A stretch of DNA of 64,000 nucleotides from a virus: the IMG/VR virus record IMGVR_UViG_3300032061_000001, positions 1 to 64,000 of that record; one strand, written 5' to 3'. Numbering within the stretch: position 1 is the stretch's first letter; every line of letters begins with the position of its first letter. Positions 57,255 through 64,000 of this stretch are shown piece after piece. The translations under genes and the position numbers were made by a program. The notes beneath the pieces were generated by a model, which was not told the DNA's origin, made no database searches, and saw nothing but the letters and a program-made list of their open reading frames with translations.

Positions 57255-57955
57255 TATAAACCTCGTATTTTTTGGCATAGATTAACGGTTAGATCGACTG
57301 GTATGCCGATGCTTTTGCAAAATGAAAACAATCCCTCAAAGTCTTTGACTTGATTTAAATTATGCATAATTTCTTCGCTAGACAAACCGCTATTGATAGC
57401 CATTGTTTGAGAAATTTCTGTTTTGGTTAATTCTCGCAAAGATTTTGCCAATGCTCTCACGGTGCATTCATTCGGATTAACGGCTTTATCAGTAAGAGCA
57501 ACATCAGTCACAATTGATTTGACAATCATATTGCCTTGATTCATCTTTTTGCCCTGAACTGACCAGGCAAGTGGAGGAACACCTTCCGGATCAGCCATAT
57601 GCCTTAATGAATGATCCCACGCCCAATCCGCTATATCCATTGCCTGGATTGTATCCGGATGAGAACCAACAAACTCGGATCTGTCCGCTAGCATTCCCTT
57701 GACATATAATCCTTTTTCTAGCAGTGCGACCTGAAGTGGTTTCCCAATAATTAGTCGATCATTATGATCCCAATTTATTTTCCCCTGACGGCTTGATAGA
57801 TAAGCGAAATCCATCCCCTTCATTAAAAATTGCTCATCCTGGAAATCTTTGCTTGGCCCTGCGGCATAACCGCCAAGTATTCTCCTCTGCTTTCCGCCAA
57901 TCGATTTTTCCAACGCTTCAGCAACGTCAATATGTAATGTCAGAAAATCATTCAT
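57254..57955 (-). CDS. prohead protease
   Basis: GYA..DFQDE..GMD..GKINWDH..IGKP..GLYVKG..WSVQG..VALT. Confidence 0.85.
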   Translation of the reverse strand: MNDFLTLHIDVAEALEKSIGGKQRRILGGYAAGPSKDFQDEQFLMKGMDFAYLSSRQGKINWDHNDRLIIGKPLQVALLEKGLYVKGMLADRSEFVGSHPDTIQAMDIADWAWDHSLRHMADPEGVPPLAWSVQGKKMNQGNMIVKSIVTDVALTDKAVNPNECTVRALAKSLRELTKTEISQTMAINSGLSSEEIMHNLNQVKDFEGLFSFCKSIGIPVDLTVNLCQKIRGL

Positions 57956-58655
57956 ATTTCATCCCTATGATTGCAGTACTCGATTTTTCATAGGACCGTT
58001 CTTTGACATCACCCCCAATGGTGATTTTTCTAAGCGGTAATTCTTGAATCAATAATTGGCCTTGGCTTAATCTTGCAGGAGGAATTTCATCAACAACAAA
58101 ATCGGGGTAATAACCATATCTGGCTGAGAATTTTTCTTGATCTGCCGGAGGATCCACCAACCATTTTATCTGTTTTGAGAAGAGCGGGACCTTACCATAT
58201 AGTTCACGGTCTATTGTAAAATCTCCTGGATATCGATAATTTATTACACCATCAAATCCGATAAATGAAATTGCCACCCTTCTCGGATCAGTCGGAATAA
58301 ATGTCAATTGGGAATCGGAAACCAGGGCTATCTCGTCAATCATTTCAAATTCTCTAATCCCGAATGGAATAACCCGGTCACCTTCTGATATCCGATATCT
58401 TGCCTCGACCAATAATTTATAGGTCCCCATTCTTATAGTTGGCAGATTCGCATCCTTTTTCTTGCTATTCATTCCGGTTGTTAAAATTCCTCTGATCGGT
58501 ACCGGGTCATCAAAATACTTCATCGCCCCATTGCAATTTGGGCAATTGACACCATCACAAGGACAAACCCTAACAGCGTAATGAAGCAGTTTGATTGCTT
58601 CATCTCTTACAAAATCCTGTTGTTCTCGTCTCGTAACCTTTGGTTGTCTGTTCAT
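57948..58655 (-). CDS. head completion protein
   Basis: CPC..CPNCNG motif of Twort-like head-closure proteins. Confidence 0.65.
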   Translation of the reverse strand: MNRQPKVTRREQQDFVRDEAIKLLHYAVRVCPCDGVNCPNCNGAMKYFDDPVPIRGILTTGMNSKKKDANLPTIRMGTYKLLVEARYRISEGDRVIPFGIREFEMIDEIALVSDSQLTFIPTDPRRVAISFIGFDGVINYRYPGDFTIDRELYGKVPLFSKQIKWLVDPPADQEKFSARYGYYPDFVVDEIPPARLSQGQLLIQELPLRKITIGGDVKERSYEKSSTAIIGMKYE

Positions 58656-58757
58656 GTGTTAATTATATCTCTATTTGCCGTTTGATATTCAAACAGAACA
58701 ATGGATAGAATTGGTTATATATAATTTAAAATTTAAATTACTTTTAGAGGAATACCG

Positions 58758-58976
58758 ATGAAAGAAAGGACAGAGGCACAAAGAATGGCGTTTAGCGCAG
58801 CAGCGGATAAGAATAGATCACTAGAGGGTTTGACTAATGAAGCAATTTCAAGTGGAATATTTATGAAAGCTGGCAAGAATAATGGAAGTTATTCATTGGC
58901 TTGGATATTAGGAAGATTACGTTTAAACGATGATAGGGTTTCCAAAAAACTAATAGAATTTGCAAACACTCTTTAA
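58758..58976 (+). CDS. hypothetical protein
   Basis: RBS GAGGA; divergent from the head genes. Confidence 0.5.
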   Translation: MKERTEAQRMAFSAAADKNRSLEGLTNEAISSGIFMKAGKNNGSYSLAWILGRLRLNDDRVSKKLIEFANTL

Positions 58977-58989
58977 TTAATAAAACATC

Positions 58990-59682
58990 ATGAGATATAC
59001 TCTATCCGAATTGGAGACACTCCCAATTGCAGGACAATTCGGGATTGGTGATTCGGTGACAATCAAAATTTATAATGCTGAGACACAGATTGAATTGCCA
59101 ACTGATGATGCTGTTTGTTTAGATACCAATGGAAATGGATTTTTTTATTGGAACTTTTCAAACCTAACGGCACAACCAACTGCTTTCATGAGATTGCATT
59201 GGATTATGACAAATGTTGCCCTTGATATCCAGTCTGGATTCATAGATGTTGGAGGCTGGGTGGAATTGATAGCAGCTCAAAAGACATTTTTGATGATTCC
59301 TTTTTCCATTGATATTTCTAAACAAGGAGTGAATAAGGGAGATTCATGGGAACCCGAATTCAGGATCGATACTAACGTTTCGGGGTTAAAAGTTTCTGCA
59401 GAACTGACTGACCTGGCAACGGTAGATTATGATCAAACTATTGTTAGTAAAGCAACATCCAATATAACAGGGGGTGGAGATGATCAGCTTTTGTTAGTCG
59501 CCGAGGCTGACACCTTTAAGATATATAGAATTTATGTCACAGGAGACGAAACGGCTTCTTTTGGGTCAAGATTTTTTGATCTCACTATTACAGTTAAAAC
59601 AGCTGATGACCAAACATTGACTACCATTATCAGGAAAATACAGTTTACTGAAACGCCCGCGATCAAATTTGACACAGCTTAA
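58990..59682 (+). CDS. beta-rich putative virion protein (BppU-like C-terminal half)
   Basis: KGDSW..F.I..SGL..KAT..IY.T.DET..FDL pattern. Confidence 0.45.
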   Translation: MRYTLSELETLPIAGQFGIGDSVTIKIYNAETQIELPTDDAVCLDTNGNGFFYWNFSNLTAQPTAFMRLHWIMTNVALDIQSGFIDVGGWVELIAAQKTFLMIPFSIDISKQGVNKGDSWEPEFRIDTNVSGLKVSAELTDLATVDYDQTIVSKATSNITGGGDDQLLLVAEADTFKIYRIYVTGDETASFGSRFFDLTITVKTADDQTLTTIIRKIQFTETPAIKFDTA

Positions 59683-59691
59683 AAATAAATG

Positions 59692-59790
59692 TTGACAATG
59701 TATATTAATCTATACGATACTTAGTTTTCGTAGTGAGCAAATGAAGGACTACCATTCCCCCGCTTTTGGTTAATTCTGAGAGCGGGGTTC
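59692..59790 (+). ncRNA. promoter plus candidate small RNA overlapping the 3' end of the transglycosylase gene in antisense
   Basis: TTGACA-18nt-GATACT, hairpins GTAGT/ACTAC and CCCCGCTTTTGG-TTAATT-CTGAGAGCGGGG. Confidence 0.4.
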
Positions 59791-60585
59791 AAGTAATCCA
59801 AATTCCTGCAATAATTTAACATCCCATTCCTTCAAGACATAAATTCTCGTAATTTCTCCTGGCTGTGTATATTCAACGTCGAAACCTGGATTGATATTTA
59901 GAAATTCATCATAATCTATCATAAGTATAGATGAAATCCTTCGAAGGCTGTGCGATCCCCTTTTCAATTCGACAACCTCCAAACTTTCGTTCTCTTCTTT
60001 AATTTCATATCTTTTTGGATTTGAGACTATCTTTAAGATTGCATAGAATTTAGGAATGTAATCCATCGTTTCTTTTGATAGTACCAGATCCCAATAATTA
60101 TTTGACTTAGATTTTATTATCGCTGAATTTATGCTCGTTGGTCCGGCATTATAGGCCGCTATTGCCAAATTCCAATCCCCGAACAATTTATAAAGCGATA
60201 AAAGATAGTTCGAAGCCGCGATTGTTGATTTATGAAAATCATAGCGAGAATCTTTCCATGACCCCCTATTTAAACCATATGCATTCCCAGTAGATTTTAT
60301 AAATTGCCAACAACCGGCTGCATTTTTATTGCTATTTGAGGCACAATTGAATCCCGATTCAACTATCGGTAACCAAGAAATCTCTTCGGGTACCCCTTTT
60401 TCTCTGAAGATTTTGACAATCTCTTTGCGATATAGCCTGGATCTTAACAGGGATGCTTTTAAATGAGGTTTGAGTCTCCCAGTATATTCAGATACCCAAT
60501 GATCAATTCTCTTATTTGATGGTATTTCCATAGCATAAGAGGTACTGATAATTAGTATCTGGATTAGTATGAGTATTAGTTTCAT
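59770..60585 (-). CDS. MltD-like lytic transglycosylase with signal peptide
   Basis: LPIVESGF, AAGCWQFI..TG..YGL, WNLAIAAYNAG, ETMDYIPK. Confidence 0.9.
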   Translation of the reverse strand: MKLILILIQILIISTSYAMEIPSNKRIDHWVSEYTGRLKPHLKASLLRSRLYRKEIVKIFREKGVPEEISWLPIVESGFNCASNSNKNAAGCWQFIKSTGNAYGLNRGSWKDSRYDFHKSTIAASNYLLSLYKLFGDWNLAIAAYNAGPTSINSAIIKSKSNNYWDLVLSKETMDYIPKFYAILKIVSNPKRYEIKEENESLEVVELKRGSHSLRRISSILMIDYDEFLNINPGFDVEYTQPGEITRIYVLKEWDVKLLQEFGLLEPRSQN

Positions 60586-60591
60586 GGTTTG

Positions 60592-60620
60592 AGAATAGAC
60601 TTTGATTTATTTTTGGTCAA
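60592..60620 (-). promoter_or_regulatory. sigma70 promoter giving a probably leaderless transcript
   Basis: TTGACC-17nt-TATTCT, 6 nt before ATG 60585. Confidence 0.6.
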
Positions 60621-60622
60621 TA

Positions 60623-60675
60623 TGCATTATTTTGTTGACACATTATAAAGTATTAAAGTATATTTAATTTACATT
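60623..60675 (+). promoter_or_regulatory. sigma70 promoter; inverted copy of 44254-44306
   Basis: TTGACA-cattataaagtattaaag-TATATT. Confidence 0.8.
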
Positions 60676-60704
60676 GATTAAATAACACTCAAACAGGGAC
60701 CAAA

Positions 60705-60890
60705 ATGAAAGAATTCAGTCTTAATCAAATAGTAAAGGGAAAATTTGCAGGAACTTTTGTGATTTTGGGGTTCAGAAAAATAGATGGGGTTGAATATGTT
60801 CAGTTAAAACCGGTTAATCCGGATAATCATAGGCAACATGGAATTGGAGAAATAGCACTTCCGATAATTTCGATAGAAGAAATCGATTAA
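60705..60890 (+). CDS. small hypothetical protein
   Basis: First gene after the promoter. Confidence 0.55.
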   Translation: MKEFSLNQIVKGKFAGTFVILGFRKIDGVEYVQLKPVNPDNHRQHGIGEIALPIISIEEID

Positions 60891-60942
60891 AATAATGCCG
60901 GGCCAACCAGGCTTACCATCTAACCTTAAATAGAGCTTAAAT

Positions 60943-61260
60943 ATGAAACAAAAACAAAAAGACATTGTACTTAATATTCTGATCCATTCCGCCGAAACTT
61001 ATCTACAGCGCAATTACCAAACGCTGGCTAAACCACAGTTGGATTCGTATAAATATGATTGCCAGAGTCTAATCGATAGAGAACCAGGAACGGCAATCCG
61101 TTTATATTTTGGTTATATTGAATTGACCTTCAAAGAGGGCCAATTGTTTGTTGATCAGAGGATCCTGGATAAAATCCCGCATGAGGTATACGATGATTTT
61201 CACTCTGATCATGTTCAGGCATGTCTGCTTGCCATAGAGGTTCTGCTTCTTTCTAATTGA
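60943..61260 (+). CDS. hypothetical protein
   Basis: ORF in the plus-strand cassette. Confidence 0.5.
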   Translation: MKQKQKDIVLNILIHSAETYLQRNYQTLAKPQLDSYKYDCQSLIDREPGTAIRLYFGYIELTFKEGQLFVDQRILDKIPHEVYDDFHSDHVQACLLAIEVLLLSN

Positions 61261-61577
61261 TTAAATATCTCTGGAACAATACTGCGACCTGCGTTTTAGT
61301 TATCAATATCTCTTTGGTCTGGCTTCCAAAAACTGGAGTGATTGAATTTAGCGATGGAACAAATATGCTCCTTTTGTTTTTGCTCCCGTTCTTGCTTTTA
61401 CTGGTAAGGATTGATTTCCTAGATAAAAAAATTGATAAGATCCCGGTAATTCATGTTTTTAAAGCCCCAGAAGATGGAGGGGCGGAAATTAAAGGATTTT
61501 TTGATGACTGGGAAAAACGAAAAGTTCATATTAGACCGGAACCGGAAGATGGACCTCCAACTTCAAGGACAAAATAG
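61257..61577 (+). CDS. 2-TM membrane protein
   Basis: Two hydrophobic segments and a charged tail. Confidence 0.5.
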   Translation: MIKYLWNNTATCVLVINISLVWLPKTGVIEFSDGTNMLLLFLLPFLLLLVRIDFLDKKIDKIPVIHVFKAPEDGGAEIKGFFDDWEKRKVHIRPEPEDGPPTSRTK

Positions 61578-61579
61578 CA

Positions 61580-63055
61580 TTAATATTTAAAAATCATGGA
61601 TCCGCCCATAATCTTTTCAATTAGTCTGCTTATCAAACCTATTCGTTGCTGATCTTTAGTGGCTGTACCGCTGCCTAGTATTCTATGCAACTCAATTATC
61701 GATGAACTCAGAAGGGAATTCTCAGCGGACTCGACTGTATTATAACTGCTGGATATTCCTCCAACGCTGAAACTTCTGCTTGCGATACCACCAGATCTTC
61801 CCAATCCGCTTTGGACATAAATATCAATTGCTGCTATTTTAGAGATTACATCCAAAGCCATGGATTGTATTTCTGGATCGGTTATCCCAGCTATCACAGT
61901 TCCATTCCAGAAGTTTTTGACCTTATTTCTGTCCCCATAATTGTTCTTTGAGTAGATTGTTCGATTCCAAATACCAGGTAACCCGAGAGTAACTGTATTT
62001 CCAGCAACTATCATCCCGAAGGGGAATCCCCGAACGACAACTTGACCGTCAGTACTAAATTCAACTCTTTGCATATCGATAGCTATCTTAGAATCTCCTT
62101 GTCCGGTACCCTTATATTTTCCCCATAGTTCTATGATGCCCTGAAGCATATTTACCGGGAACTCAAAGGACATATCTGAAGTTTCTGAATACGGCTTGGG
62201 GATATCCATCACCGGGTTAAGATATTTGTAACCAAGCTTTACCAAATCTTTATCGCTGCTATAAAGTCTCGGTTCGATATCAGTCATTATTAATGTCTCT
62301 GCGACAATTCTGAAGGCATTATTAATCCAATATTGATATTCGCTATTCTGATATTTTTTAATATCCACCAAGACAACTTCGACTTCGTTTTGAGCCGGTA
62401 GTAAATCCATATCTTCAATTGTGACCCTAATATAATCACCGCCTTCAACCGAAGGAGTTGTCATGTAATCGGTCAGAATATAATCTGTATAATCATCACT
62501 GATAACAACTGGCTCCCCGTTATTCCATTGCAGAGTTTTGTTGGTGAAATTCCAGACAATTTCCATCGCCCCTACTGTAGTTTCTTTGCTAATTTCCGTA
62601 ATCTCAACACCAGTTATTTTTCTAAGCTCTTGTTGGATTTGTAAAGTTGTGTTAGATACAAGATCAACTCCAAGTAAATATTGAGCTGTAATATTGGCAA
62701 CAGAAATCGGCACTACACTAAATTCGGCGGAGGCAGTTACCCCATTGATAGATACTTGCAATGTGTGTTTTCCAATATTAAGAGGTAGATCAATATCAAC
62801 ATTAGCTCCGAGGTCAAAGACAACATTATTCAGATCGTATTCTTTAGTCAGTTTTGTGGTTGAATCTGTAATCGTTTCTGTCCAGGTAGTGAGATCATAT
62901 TCCATACCAAGAAAGGTAATTATCTTGGCAGTGAAGATATTGTCCTGTAATACATCATAAATATCTATGATCTTAATTCTTACTTTGAGATCTTTATACG
63001 CAGTCTCAAACCGGCAAAATTCTGGTTTTAGGAACTTAATAGATAGTTCTGCCAT
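61580..63055 (-). CDS. head-tail adaptor / neck protein (Twort-like C-terminus)
   Basis: GGIASRSFSVGGISSSYNTVESAENS motif. Confidence 0.7.
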   Translation of the reverse strand: MAELSIKFLKPEFCRFETAYKDLKVRIKIIDIYDVLQDNIFTAKIITFLGMEYDLTTWTETITDSTTKLTKEYDLNNVVFDLGANVDIDLPLNIGKHTLQVSINGVTASAEFSVVPISVANITAQYLLGVDLVSNTTLQIQQELRKITGVEITEISKETTVGAMEIVWNFTNKTLQWNNGEPVVISDDYTDYILTDYMTTPSVEGGDYIRVTIEDMDLLPAQNEVEVVLVDIKKYQNSEYQYWINNAFRIVAETLIMTDIEPRLYSSDKDLVKLGYKYLNPVMDIPKPYSETSDMSFEFPVNMLQGIIELWGKYKGTGQGDSKIAIDMQRVEFSTDGQVVVRGFPFGMIVAGNTVTLGLPGIWNRTIYSKNNYGDRNKVKNFWNGTVIAGITDPEIQSMALDVISKIAAIDIYVQSGLGRSGGIASRSFSVGGISSSYNTVESAENSLLSSSIIELHRILGSGTATKDQQRIGLISRLIEKIMGGSMIFKY

Positions 63056-63058
63056 TGG

Positions 63059-64000
63059 TTATCCTTTTTTACTTCTATGCTTTAGCTTTTGTTTTTTGGA
63101 TATTTTTTTCTTATTCAATTGGATCAGTTTTTCTTTAGCCTGATTGATATAATTGCCATCCGGATAGAATCTGATATAAGCTTCATAATCTTCTATTTTT
63201 CCATTTCTGTTTGCCCTGTCGAATGCCAGCTGGTCTTTTGCTTGGCTTATTAAATTCGATTTTATATCAGGCGATATGAATGCCTTATTCATATTGTCTG
63301 AATTAGAATCAAATGTGCCTTGATTATTTACTGATTTTATTTGGTTAGAGTTAAAAACTGCTATTTCGCTCCCATATTTTACTCCATCATATCCAAGTCG
63401 TTGAGCTATGTTATTATCATATTCCTGAGCAAGAGCTAGAAGATTCTCATTGCTTGCCTTTTTTAGGCTTGCATTATCTACATAGGTTATATAATATCCA
63501 TTGTCTGCCATTTCTATATCTGGTTTTGATCGATCATGGTAATAATTTTTAGCTTCTTTTAATTTTTTCTCAAAAAAAGAACTCGCTTTATCTTTATCTG
63601 ATTCACTGAAGAATTTCTTTTCCCTGCCACTAAATCCAGCTAATCTTTCCTTTGGTACTATCTTTTCGAGTTCCGATGAAATATGTCCTCGCTGTTTTTC
63701 CGTCAAATTACCCCAATCAAGAAGTTTTTCCGACTTTAAATAAACACTGTGTATATTTTTACCATATTGCTTGGCTTTATCTATATTTGGAGTAAAATAA
63801 TACCCATAACCGAGAGCTGTTAGTTTTTCCCCTTTTTGATTAAATTCCGTAAATTTACCATTGGTACCATGATAGACAACCAATGGTTTCCCAGAACTAT
63901 CGACAACTTTAGAATCGCCAAACCAATCTTTGAAGGCTTTGCTTTCGGTGCCGTTTTTCTTCCAGTCTTCGATTTTTGCTTGGTCTGTTTGTTTTTTCTC
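63059..64000 (-). CDS. ART-PolyVal ADP-ribosyltransferase-like domain protein, 5' end outside the window
   Basis: Frame is open to the window edge: AFKDWFGDSKVVDSSGKPLVVYHGT..GYYFT..GYDGV..EIAVF.SNQIKSVNNQGTFD. Confidence 0.8.
   Translation of the reverse strand, partial: EKKQTDQAKIEDWKKNGTESKAFKDWFGDSKVVDSSGKPLVVYHGTNGKFTEFNQKGEKLTALGYGYYFTPNIDKAKQYGKNIHSVYLKSEKLLDWGNLTEKQRGHISSELEKIVPKERLAGFSGREKKFFSESDKDKASSFFEKKLKEAKNYYHDRSKPDIEMADNGYYITYVDNASLKKASNENLLALAQEYDNNIAQRLGYDGVKYGSEIAVFNSNQIKSVNNQGTFDSNSDNMNKAFISPDIKSNLISQAKDQLAFDRANRNGKIEDYEAYIRFYPDGNYINQAKEKLIQLNKKKISKKQKLKHRSKKG

Noticed and set aside
61257-61577. Holin call
   Set aside because: Two TM segments fit, but it is on the opposite strand under an early-type promoter; evidence is insufficient
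233-62960. Numerous short plus-strand ORFs antisense to long minus-strand genes
   Set aside because: Shadow frames of real genes with no RBS or recognisable motifs
1-64000. Genome-wide stop-codon reassignment suggested by the in-frame TGA at 5525
   Set aside because: Many genes end in TGA with ATGA overlaps, and conserved genes are full length in the standard code

Overview
The whole 64 kb window reads as one AT-rich tailed-phage (myovirus) genome segment, almost entirely on the minus strand. I see no host housekeeping block, integrase, terminase or portal, so prophage versus free phage cannot be decided. All calls are from motif recognition by eye; no searches were run. Right half (~34.7-64 kb): a contractile-tail morphogenesis module of the SPO1/Twort (Herelleviridae-like) type, with prohead protease, scaffold, major capsid, sheath, tube, a -1 frameshifted tail chaperone, tape measure, baseplate and fibre. 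It also has an MltD-like transglycosylase and an ART-PolyVal protein, and is interrupted by cassettes with their own promoters. Middle (~16-32 kb): a temperate-phage-style replication/recombination module (RecE-like nuclease, SMC-like ATPase, SF2 helicase, Rha-antirepressor, DUF4373 initiator, DnaB, two orphan MTases). Left (<16 kb): accessory genes. Lipoproteins and a beta-barrel protein point to a diderm host. Best leads: (1) a nicotinamidase-vWA-kinase-PP2C operon (TerY-P-like triad plus an NAD-salvage enzyme); (2) a coiled-coil/multi-ubiquitin-domain protein with no C-terminal Gly, a candidate decoy of bacterial ubiquitination defence; (3) several unannotated structured RNAs (double T-loop RNA, anti-SD-loop sRNA before the antirepressor, tRNA-like element); (4) a shared operator-containing sigma70 promoter family; (5) a DHH/MYG1-like gene split by one in-frame TGA.
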